Shown piece by piece: positions 11,249 through 20,401 of a stretch of 24,147 bases of DNA. The DNA lies in assembly GCF_000281045.1 (NCBI RefSeq), contig NW_008246073.1, forward strand, positions 107,184 to 131,330. Reading direction: 5' to 3'. A program made the position numbers and the translations under genes. Source of the stretch: Saprolegnia diclina VS20 (Eukaryota). The notes under the pieces are model-generated. The model did not search any database, was not told the DNA's origin, and saw only the letters and a program-made list of their open reading frames with translations. The stretch's first letter is position 1. Each line of letters begins with the position of its first letter.

Positions 11249-12184
11249 CTATTGTAGGGACGGCGCTGAGCGCCGCGGAAGGAGTGTGAATCGGAGACCG
11301 ACGCCCGAGGCGCCAAAGGCCGGACACAGCGTCTTGCCAAAGACATTGCGAAAGGCGATGCCGAGATACTCGCGGTTGCGGTAAAAGCTTAGCGTCCCCC
11401 GGTCCACGTCAAACTCGACGCCGAGCACTTCGCCGTTGACGCATTTGGGGCCGTACGCTTCGGAAGTCATGTGCACCTTCTGGCCCGAGGCGACAGCGAC
11501 GCCGTAAAACAAGCCCGTGCTCGTCACGCTGGTATTCAACGGCATGTCGGTCGTGCCAATGCCGACAAATAGTCCGTCGCCGCCTATGGTTTCGTCCAGG
11601 CGCACTTCCCAATAGGCGATGCCGGATCGCAGCGCGTCTTTGGCGACCACTGCGCACACGCCACGGGCAACCTGCACGATGGATGGCAGTGTGAGCTGGG
11701 ACGATGCATGCAGCGTCTCGGACGCGGGAATGCACTTGCTTGGCTCGAGCGTAGTCTTGTCGCAGGGTCTCGTGTCCAAGTGCAGCGCCAGCGCCATCTT
11801 GCCGAGCTGCAGTAGCGGCGCGATTACCACAAGCAGCGGCTGCAGTGATCGAAAGATACATGGGTTGCTATCCGTCAACCGATGCCGACCACCGACGGTT
11901 GGCTGCAGCACCGAAATGGTCTCGGGAAAAAGAGGCTCGCCCAGCGCCTTGATGATGCAAGCTCGGAGGTCGTTGAGCGAGCAGTCGAGCGCCACGTTCA
12001 CGTCAAAGTGGCGCACCTTGGACGTGAGGCAGGTGGCCCGGAAGGTATGGCGCGGTGCCACATCGCTGGCGCGCATGTAGCCGCGACCCCACGGCAGTAC
12101 GACAGCAGTTCGTGAGGCGTCGGGCGACGGCGCGGCTGCTTCGAGAGCACCGAGTCCGTACGGAGTAGCCACTGCAAGCACCAT
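11249..12184 (-). CDS. SPRY/B30.2-domain protein
   Basis: Likely start MVLAVATPYGLG at 12184. The C-terminal SPRY domain reads SGIAYWEVRLD...LFVGIGT...YGPKCVNGEVLGVEFDVDRGTLSFYRNREYLGIAFRNV...LCPAF. It may contain two small introns at 11696-11802 (see findings). Confidence 0.82.
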   Translation of the reverse strand: MVLAVATPYGLGALEAAAPSPDASRTAVVLPWGRGYMRASDVAPRHTFRATCLTSKVRHFDVNVALDCSLNDLRACIIKALGEPLFPETISVLQPTVGGRHRLTDSNPCIFRSLQPLLVVIAPLLQLGKMALALHLDTRPCDKTTLEPSKCIPASETLHASSQLTLPSIVQVARGVCAVVAKDALRSGIAYWEVRLDETIGGDGLFVGIGTTDMPLNTSVTSTGLFYGVAVASGQKVHMTSEAYGPKCVNGEVLGVEFDVDRGTLSFYRNREYLGIAFRNVFGKTLCPAFGASGVGLRFTLLPRRSAPSLQ

Positions 12185-12580
12185 GCTCGGAAAGCCCACA
12201 AATGCGACATTATCGTTTCGCAACCGGACAAAGCCGGCCGGATAACCAACCTTGGCGCCATTTCGCAGTCAGCGCGACCCTTCGTTGCGTCTTCTCTCAG
12301 TATTCCCTCAAAATGCTCCTCAAGACTGGTTTTAGGCTGCTTGTCATCCAACCATTGCAGCACCAATGCGCGCGTCTGGTGTGATGTCCACTGCACTGGT
12401 CTGATCAGAGTTCGAGCTCCCAGAGCTCCAGAGGCACTCGAATAATCACCTTGTATCAGATCACCAACTGCTTTGCAGACTCCAACTGCACCAGAACGAG
12501 ATATACACGCGAATGGCTGGAATTTCATTGTTAGACGACGACGTTGGACATGTACCGCGCCGTAGAGATCGCGAGGACGA

Positions 12581-13220
12581 NNNNNNNNNNNNNNNNNNNN
12601 NNNNNNNNNNNNNNNNNNNNNNNNNNNNNNNNNNNNNNNNNNNNNNNNNNNNNNNNNNNNNNNNNNNNNNNNNNNNNNNNNNNNNNNNNNNNNNNNNNNN
12701 NNNNNNNNNNNNNNNNNNNNNNNNNNNNNNNNNNNNNNNNNNNNNNNNNNNNNNNNNNNNNNNNNNNNNNNNNNNNNNNNNNNNNNNNNNNNNNNNNNNN
12801 NNNNNNNNNNNNNNNNNNNNNNNNNNNNNNNNNNNNNNNNNNNNNNNNNNNNNNNNNNNNNNNNNNNNNNNNNNNNNNNNNNNNNNNNNNNNNNNNNNNN
12901 NNNNNNNNNNNNNNNNNNNNNNNNNNNNNNNNNNNNNNNNNNNNNNNNNNNNNNNNNNNNNNNNNNNNNNNNNNNNNNNNNNNNNNNNNNNNNNNNNNNN
13001 NNNNNNNNNNNNNNNNNNNNNNNNNNNNNNNNNNNNNNNNNNNNNNNNNNNNNNNNNNNNNNNNNNNNNNNNNNNNNNNNNNNNNNNNNNNNNNNNNNNN
13101 NNNNNNNNNNNNNNNNNNNNNNNNNNNNNNNNNNNNNNNNNNNNNNNNNNNNNNNNNNNNNNNNNNNNNNNNNNNNNNNNNNNNNNNNNNNNNNNNNNNN
13201 NNNNNNNNNNNNNNNNNNNN
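12581..13220. other. Assembly gap (640 N) covering the 3' half of protease copy 1
   Basis: Run of N. Both flanks are reverse-complement matches to the copy 2 locus (13221 to 16239; 12580 to 16820). Confidence 1.
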
Positions 13221-13987
13221 AGCGCGCTCTCGCCTTGGATGTTGACCGTGGACCCGATGCTGAGCTTGGTCTTGCGGCACGACGTCTTGCACTGGCCGTT
13301 CTGGCCCGTCGACCCCGACGTGTACGGGTAGTCGGCTTCGGTGCAGATGCCGTTGGCCGAGATGTAGTCGAGCGCCTTCCAAGGCCAGCCGCCCTGGCAG
13401 CCTTCGCCCGAGCTCGAGTCGCAGCTCACGAGTTGCTGCTCCGAGAGGTCGAGGAGCGACCCCGTCGCGAGACAGTGCGCCTGCTCGGCCACGGCCACCG
13501 ACGAGAACGTCCAGCACGACCCGCAGTTGCCCTGGTTCTTCACGGACGGGTTGCACTTGTCGGCGCTCCAGTCGATGCCAGCCGCTTCGGCCTGCTCGAT
13601 CGTCAAGTCGCGGGCGACCGTGTCGGCGCGCAAGCGGCGCTCGGGCTGACCACGAGCGAACGACCCCTTGACGTACTCGGCAAACTCCTTCTCCGTCAAG
13701 AGCACGAACGGGTTGTTGGTCGAGAAGCGCGCCTCGGGGTGGTCGATGTTGAGCTGGTCCACGATCTTCTTGGTGGCCGCGAAGCGGACGATCTCGTCAT
13801 CCGACACGTCCAGAGACTCTTGGTTGCTGCTGGGCTTGGCCAGGCCTTGCTCGATCGCGACTTTGCCGGCTTCCGTCGCCTTCCACGCCAACACTTCGGT
13901 GGCGAGCGTGGCGCGCTCGTCGTTGCTGAGCTGCATCGCCGCCGCCGACGTCGCGGCGAGGGCCATCGTGACAAAGGCGGTCTTCAT
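13221..13987 (-). CDS. Secreted papain-family (C1A) cysteine protease, copy 1 (3' part and stop lie in the gap)
   Basis: MKTAFVTMALAATSAAA signal peptide, I29-like prodomain (DEIVRFAATKKIVDQLN...NPFVLLTEKEF), KNQGNCGSCWTF active site, DLSEQQLVSCD, GCQGG. Near-identical to copies 2 and 3. Confidence 0.92.
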
Positions 13988-14022
13988 GGTTGTGGTGGTG
14001 GTAGTGGTGTCGGAGACGACGC

Positions 14023-14038
14023 GAGTTGGAAAATGAGC
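14023..14038 (-). promoter_or_regulatory. Oomycete Inr/FPR-like core promoter, protease copy 1
   Basis: Minus strand GCTCATTTTCCAACTC, ~35-50 nt upstream of the ATG, close to the oomycete GCTCATTYYNCAWTTT-type core element. Confidence 0.65.
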
Positions 14039-15421
14039 CGATCGAAACGCAAGATCGAGCGAGGCGCCTCGAGACGGCGATGCCGTTGCGCGATCCGTGG
14101 TGCGTGAGGCAGGGCTAGGTCTCGAACATGGGACATCTCTGTCTGAGTCGAGGAAGCAGAATCAGATTATGAAGGTTAAGAAGGACCGTTGTTTTGTGCA
14201 TGAGCAACGGACGGGAATGCGTTCGTTTGCGTAGTTAGGTACTATGGGCTCAGAAATAGTTGCTTTCATGCTTGGTCAGAGCGCTCGACGAGGAGCCCAA
14301 ACGAATCATCTGTGTTGCGTTCGCTGGCGAATTGACTAGCGTGGGATATTGGTAGTTGGGTGAACTCAGATGCGACCAGCGTCAATGATGAAGTCGTCCA
14401 CACATCGTAGAACCTCAAAGCACGAGTGAAGATGCACACCCACAAATCTGAATCGACGACTTCGCAAAGCCTTGAATGTTGCGCGCCGCTGCTTTTATAA
14501 CACTTTGGGCGGAGAGAACGTGAACTATTTTGTACTCTAGTATAGCCTCGTCAACGGGTGATCAAATCCCGTGCCCCACTGGCATACACAGACCATGTAT
14601 TACCCATTCGTCGCATCTCACGCTGGGGACGATTCTAACAATTCGTTAAAAGCTGCCAATACCGCTGTTGTCGAGCGCTCTTCAACGCCTGTCGTCGACT
14701 CAGATGAGCGATGACGGATGCCGCAAACGAAAAAGATAACGCGGCAAGACCACTGTCTTAAATCCACCGGCGCGCGTTTCGTAGACGCTGCCAAAGTCAC
14801 AAGCCAACGCCAGTGATCTAGAGTGGGATCTGTGACGTTACGATCTGAGTTGGTGGACCTGCGTCTGAGTTCATCAGATGGGCGCTTCCCACGAACAATA
14901 CACAGTACCTGGCATATTGTCAAAGACACTGCAAATAGTGCACTTTTATATTCGGTTTGCAAGTGGGTTCCACTTCTGTACCTTCCCAATAGTTGCCACG
15001 TCGTTTGCGAAACCCGCTTCCTCAGAAATGTTGACTCGGCAAAGAGAGTCGCTATTCCCAGTCATATCTGACTAGGGCCTCGCCAGACTAGCTAGGGCTT
15101 CATCTGAGTTGCTAGTCATAACAGTGAGCTTATCAATGTGCACTAGCGAGTTCAAGCAATATCGGAAAGTAACGTCCTCAAATGTAGATTTACTATCAAA
15201 CAACATCGGTTCCCTTCCGCATCCTCTCCCAACCTATGCACACTAGCAATGCATTCCCGAAAGTGGAGACCTTCCCAAGATTCTAAATCTGAGCCGCGTT
15301 TCACCCACTAAACTCAGACAGAGATGTCCCATGTTCGAGACCTAGCCCTGCCTCACGCACCACGGATCGCGCGACGGCATCGCCGTCTCGAGGCGCCTCG
15401 CTCGACCTTGCGTTTCGATCG

Positions 15422-15437
15422 GCTCATTTTCCAACTC
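15422..15437 (+). promoter_or_regulatory. Oomycete Inr/FPR-like core promoter, protease copy 2
   Basis: GCTCATTTTCCAACTC 36-51 nt upstream of ATG 15473. Confidence 0.65.
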
Positions 15438-15472
15438 GCGTCGTCTCCGACACCACTACCACCACCACAACC

Positions 15473-16783
15473 ATGAAGACCGCCTTTGTCACGATGGCCC
15501 TCGCCGCGACGTCGGCGGCGGCGATGCAGCTCAGCAACGACGAGCGCGCCACGCTCGCCACCGAAGTGTTGGCGTGGAAGGCGACGGAAGCCGGCAAAGT
15601 CGCGATCGAGCAAGGCCTGGCCAAGCCCAGCAGCAACCAAGAGTCTCTGGACGTGTCGGACGACGAGATCATCCGCTTCGCGGCCACCAAGAAGATCGTG
15701 GACCAGCTCAACATCGACCACCCCGAGGCGCGCTTCTCGACCAACAACCCGTTCGTGCTCTTGACGGAGAAGGAGTTTGCCGAGTACGTCAAGGGGTCGT
15801 TCGCTCGTGGCCAGCCCGAGCGCCGCTTGCGCGCCGACACGGTCGCCCGCGACTTGACGATCGAGCAGGCCGAAGCGGCTGGCATCGACTGGAGCGCCGA
15901 CAAGTGCAACCCGTCCGTGAAGAACCAGGGCAACTGCGGGTCGTGCTGGACGTTCTCGTCGGTGGCCGTGGCCGAGCAGGCGCACTGTCTCGCGACGGGG
16001 TCGCTCCTCGACCTCTCGGAGCAGCAACTCGTGAGCTGCGACTCGAGCTCGGGCGAAGGCTGCCAGGGCGGCTGGCCTTGGAAGGCGCTCGACTACATCT
16101 CGGCCAACGGCATCTGCACCGAAGCCGACTACCCGTACACGTCAGGGTCGACGGGCCAGAACGGCCAGTGCAAGACGTCGTGCCGCAAGACCAAGCTCAG
16201 CATCGGGTCCACGGTCAACATCCAAGGCGAGAGCGCGCTCCAGTCGGCGCTCGACAAGCAGGCCGTCCAGGTCATCGTCGAGGCCGGCAACAACGTCTGG
16301 AAGAACTACCAGAGCGGCGTCGTCAAGTCGTGCCCTGGCTCGCAGTCGGACCACGCCGTGCTCGCGGTCGGCTACGGCACGCTCAGCGGCGTCAACCACT
16401 TCAAGATCAAGAACTCGTGGGGCACGTCGTGGGGCGCCGGTGGCTACATCTACTTGCAGCGCGGCGTCGGCAGCAACGGCATGTGCAACGTCGCCGAGCA
16501 CCCGTCGTACCCCGAGATCAACACGACGCCGACGCCGACGTCGCAAGACCCGACCGATGGCCCGACCGATAGCCCGTCGCCGTCGACCAAGACGCCGTCC
16601 CCGACCACCAAGAGCCCGTCGCCGACCACCAAGACCCCTGTGCCGACCACGAAGAAGCCCAACAAGTGCCACGGCTGCACGGGGTGCTACTACCCGGATG
16701 GCGACGAGTGCTACAACGACTATGACGCCGAGTCGTGCCAAGACTTGAGCTGGGACTACGGCACCATCTGGTGCGGCAACTAG
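15473..16783 (+). CDS. Secreted papain-family (C1A) cysteine protease, copy 2, with P/T/S linker and C-terminal 6-Cys module (436 aa, intronless)
   Basis: Signal peptide, prodomain, catalytic Q/C (QGNCGSCW), H (SDHAVLAVGYG) and N (KIKNSWGTSWG). These are followed by a Pro/Thr-rich linker and CHGCTGCYYPDGDECYNDYDAESCQDLSWDYGTIWCGN. Confidence 0.96.
   Translation: MKTAFVTMALAATSAAAMQLSNDERATLATEVLAWKATEAGKVAIEQGLAKPSSNQESLDVSDDEIIRFAATKKIVDQLNIDHPEARFSTNNPFVLLTEKEFAEYVKGSFARGQPERRLRADTVARDLTIEQAEAAGIDWSADKCNPSVKNQGNCGSCWTFSSVAVAEQAHCLATGSLLDLSEQQLVSCDSSSGEGCQGGWPWKALDYISANGICTEADYPYTSGSTGQNGQCKTSCRKTKLSIGSTVNIQGESALQSALDKQAVQVIVEAGNNVWKNYQSGVVKSCPGSQSDHAVLAVGYGTLSGVNHFKIKNSWGTSWGAGGYIYLQRGVGSNGMCNVAEHPSYPEINTTPTPTSQDPTDGPTDSPSPSTKTPSPTTKSPSPTTKTPVPTTKKPNKCHGCTGCYYPDGDECYNDYDAESCQDLSWDYGTIWCGN
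16574..16657 (+). repeat. Four 21-nt tandem units encoding the PSPTTK(S/T) linker
   Basis: ccgtcgccgtcgaccaagacg / ccgtccccgaccaccaagagc / ccgtcgccgaccaccaagacc / cctgtgccgaccacgaagaag. Confidence 0.85.
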
Positions 16784-17754
16784 GCGCCAACACGGTCGTC
16801 GTATGTGTGTGCACACAATTCGTCCTCGCGATCTCTACGGCGCGGTACATGTCCAACGTCGTCGTCTAACAATGAAATTCCAGCCATTCGCGTGTATATC
16901 TCGTTCTGGTGCAGTTGGAGTCTGCAAAGCGGGTTGGTGAAGCTGTTGGTGATCTGGTGCCAGACATTAGTTTTGTAGTGCCTTTATGGCAACGATGGCT
17001 ACACTTGTCGTGAGTCTCTGACGCCGCTCGTTTGGATTAATTTATAAAATCAAGACCGCGGAGGGCGACGCTTCTAGCATACCAAAATGGGAATAAGAAA
17101 AAGACTGCAGGTAAAGAGTAGAGAGGATCGATCTACGTACGGGCGATGGGGGGCCGCTTCGAGCGCGAGCGACGTTGGCATTTCGAGATGGTTGATCGAT
17201 GCGTCGGGTACCACCTCCGACAACTATATCAGACCACTTGTCGGGAAGGATCCAAGGCGACGCAACGATGGAATATGCGACCATGGACGGTGTCGGAATG
17301 GCGTCGGAAGGGTAAACGTCGGGGGTGTCGCCGGTCGTGCGTAAGCGGCAATGAGCTACCGCCAATCCACTATGAAGCGTGTACGAGGAGAGCTCTCGGC
17401 AGTTGTACGCGCGTCCTGGGACGCCCCGACGATACCGCAGACCAGTGGGATCTCGTTATAGCGCGGGTATCTTCCGCAACTATACGCCCTGAGTCTGTAT
17501 ATTGAGGCTCAAGAAGACGACGCACTGTGGAGCTCGTGGGCGATGATGCGGCGCTGGAGTGGGCGCTTCATGTGCAATGAGCATAATGGGGCGGCCTGAA
17601 CCGAGAAAGAACTGCCAAAACACTACTTTTTGCTGGCAACCCCTGGCATTTTTAGTCACTTGCAAAAATGTCAAATAACGTCAAAATTACCGAATCTGTC
17701 CACCCTGGGTCTAGAACCATCTCTTGGTCAACTGGAGGATCGTGGTTCTCATAG

Positions 17755-18100
17755 TTAACAATCTTCTTTGACGATGACAGCGCACTTGGTCCCGTGCCCA
17801 CCGACTGGCGCGACTTCCCGACGTGGCTGCTGACGTTCTTGTCTGTCGCCGTCACGCGCGGTCTGGACGCGTACTTTACGGCGCCAAACTCGATGTGTAC
17901 ACACTCGTATCACGGCAGCTCAGATGGTCACCTTCAAGATGCCGCTCGCCGAGCTCCGCGCCAACGATGTGCGCGATGCAAAGCAGCTGCTGCTCACTGC
18001 TGTCGACGGCGCGATCTCCGAGAAGGTGTAGCACGGTGTTGGCGGGCTGTACGACATGTGGATGCGCCTTTGCACCCTTGCCTGCAACCATGATAGGCTT
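17755..18100 (+). mobile_element. Possible degenerate Ty1/Copia gag (UBN2-like) fragment
   Basis: Two frames give DWRDFPTWLLTFLSVAVTRGLDAYF and RANDVRDAKQLLLTAVDGAISEKV*HGVGGLYDMWMRLC. These resemble the Copia gag pattern (F-x-x-W ... GL-x-x-Y ... A-K-x-x-L ... MW-x-x-L). There is one frameshift and an in-frame TAG at 18029-18031, and no LTR or pol is seen. Confidence 0.35.
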
Positions 18101-18853
18101 GCAGGCAACGGTGCAAAGGCACATTCACAAGCGTCGTAGGGCGACGACAGAAGAGCCAGACGAGCCCCCGCGCCGCCGCCTGCGCAGCCACGGCCCGGCG
18201 AGCGAAAGAAGAAGAAGAAGGAGATTGCTAGTCTCTACGTATGCGAAGTCTTTGTGTAATTATGGAGATAACGCGAAACAAGCTCGAATACAGCTCTGCG
18301 TGCGTGCTTGACGCCGGTGGAACAGGGATAGTTTCGTGCGGAACGCGTGAAGCACGCGTGAAGCAGTGTTTTTGTCCAAGGCCAAGCAATTGCGCCTTCT
18401 TGAGCCGCTTCGCCGGACCGCCATCTCGCTTAAGATGGCGGCGCAGTCAGCTCGCTAAATTCTGCAAGGCGTATCCACAATGATCGAAGACCAAGCCAAC
18501 AGGCTCGTTTGCAATTTGCTCGTCCAGCTCCATTCCTCGTAGCTACAGTGTACATCACGCATTTAGACCCACCCACCAGTCTTTTCTTGGACGGCGGCGA
18601 ACCCCAACACGGACTCTGTTCGTCTTCCCATGCACTTGCGCTTTAGCCTCGGGGACGAAAGCCGATGTACCTGGCGGCGGCTTTGTACTGAAGCGTTGCC
18701 TCCTCGTGCACGCCGCGTGGCAGTAGGGACGGCTGGGAATGTGATGTGGCGCTCTGGCGCACAGTCTTGCTGTAGCATGTAGTGACTCGGATGCTTGCCA
18801 CCAGGGCATGCTTCGATGCGCTGTTGGATTGGTCGCCCATCGGCCCAACTCAA

Positions 18854-19005
18854 CACAACACTGCTCGACAGCTGAAATCCGCCTTTAGGACGCTAGAGAC
18901 GTCGCCCAATCGCCGTTGGGCTAGGATCTACTCGGCCTAACACACCACAACACTGCTCAACAACTGAAATCCGCCTTTAGGACGCTAGAGACGTCGCCCA
19001 ATCGC
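18854..19005 (+). repeat. 60-bp direct repeat (58/60 identical, 92-bp period) containing CCAAT
   Basis: CACAACACTGCTCRACARCTGAAATCCGCCTTTAGGACGCTAGAGACGTCGCCCAATCGC at 18854-18913 and 18946-19005. Confidence 0.92.
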
Positions 19006-19171
19006 TAGATTGGTTTCATTGGTCGAAATGTGATGCAGCCTTTCATTCGGCATTTGCCGATTGCATCAATTTACGGATATTCTGTTGGTATCCGGCGTTA
19101 TAAATTGCGGCAGATGCCGAAATAACGGTATTTTGGATCATCATTTTCAGATCGGATCGCGAGGGACGGCG

Positions 19172-20401
19172 ATGGACATGGCGGCCCAAGAGGGAAATGT
19201 TCGACCCGCGACGACCCATGAGAAGAAGGGTACGAAGATCATGGAGATATCTCCGAGGTAGACGTCGACGCATGTGATCCCAGACGAGCTCTATGGGGTG
19301 GATGACGTGGACGCTGTCGCCCAGCGATGTCGGATGCTCGAGGCCGAGGCGGTACTTGGAGACGTATACGTTCCATGCGCGAACGAATGTGTAGATGCAC
19401 CGGGTCTTGAAGCAGCAAGAGGTCCGAGCTCGGATCCGCTCCTTTCGACTTGCTATCGCTCGGGCCGAGGTCGAGCACGACAAAGTACGAGGATGCGAGG
19501 CCAAGTACAACCTGAGCTCATTCTGCTCAAGACAAGCGAAGACGTAAAGGCCTTGAAGGGGCGGTACTACGACGCAAGGTACGGACGAGCTTGCACGGGG
19601 CAGGTGTTGAGAACGCTTGTAGACGGTCTTTTGTGGGCTTGGTGCCAGCCTACTCCCTCGAGGCGGAGACAGTACGTCAACAAACGACCTGCCGGTGGTC
19701 TACGCGCTAATATTGCAGATGATCGAGGACATTCTCGACTTGGCCGACAAGCCCAAGACTTTGCAAGGTACGCAGTATCATCTTTACTCTTAAGACCATC
19801 CATCGATGCCATGTAGCGGAGCTCGACGCCGTGCGCACCAAGAAACTCGAGCTACAGCAGCAAGTACCGTGCTCCTTGCCATGCATCTTGTGCAATGCAA
19901 CTTTCTTTAGCTTCTCCTGCAAGAGAAGAATTGGACAGCGCTTACGAAACTCAGTTCGGGTCAGGCTCATCGCGTCGTGTCGCTCGAGAAGGAGATCCAT
20001 GACCTTGAAGCGGAGATGACGCACATGGACGAGCAGTGCCACATGTCCCGCATGAGCCACCAAGACTGGATGAACAAGATCCAAGCGATTCGTGATCAGG
20101 TGTCTCCCATTAATTGTTTCCATTGAGATCTCAACCACCACATTGTGCCCAGGAAGCGCGAGTGAAGAAGCAGGCGTCGCGGCGTACCAAGTTGGCACCC
20201 CACACGACCAAAGCGACACAGTCCAAGTCGACACGCAACGTGACATCGCCGTACACCAAGTCGCCACTCCGACGTCGCGGCTCCCGTGCAGTTGAGCACA
20301 CGACCGCCGCCGACCTCATCGAGTCCCTCCAAAAGCGGCGCTACACACCGGTACCGTCAAGCCCTCGCAAGCCCAAGAAACTCGACGACGAAGGCTATTA
20401 G
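19172..20401 (+). CDS. Uncharacterised coiled-coil protein with basic C-terminal tail, 9 exons (~281 aa)
   Basis: Exons 19172-19229, 19284-19351, 19395-19484, 19532-19578, 19623-19671, 19719-19767, 19817-19863, 19911-20099, 20153-20401. All eight introns are GT-AG, 43-54 nt and phase-consistent. The product includes [64 protein letters not shown] and [19 protein letters not shown]. An Inr-like TCATTTTC lies at 19141. Confidence 0.72.

Larger units (their letters stand above)
12457..16956. repeat. Large inverted duplication: arms ~12457-14148 and ~15312-16956 around a ~1.16 kb unique spacer
   Basis: Reverse-complement identity covers ~160 bp of upstream sequence, the protease CDS and the 3' flank (12471-12580 = reverse complement of 16820-16929). 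Arm 2 has a small extra tandem copy of GTTGGTGA near 16931-16952. Confidence 0.9.

Noticed and set aside
11998..12528. 176-aa minus-strand ORF upstream of the SPRY gene
   Set aside because: It starts inside the duplicated protease 3' flank, lacks the codon bias of real genes and overlaps the SPRY start out of frame.
12461..13556. ORFs running through the N block, including the 508-aa length given for protease copy 1
   Set aside because: These are artefacts of translating the gap. The true stop of copy 1 lies inside it.
14618..15075. Short ORFs in the spacer between protease copies 1 and 2
   Set aside because: They show no codon bias or motifs, and the region reads as regulatory DNA.
17042..17505. 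Overlapping short ORFs downstream of protease copy 2
   Set aside because: I could not build a consistent spliced model or recognise a domain. A decayed gene fragment cannot be excluded.
18854..19005. Repeat-spacer-repeat pattern as a CRISPR array
   Set aside because: There are only two 60-bp units, the context is eukaryotic, no cas genes are present and the 'spacer' resembles the sequence preceding unit 1, so this is a tandem duplication.
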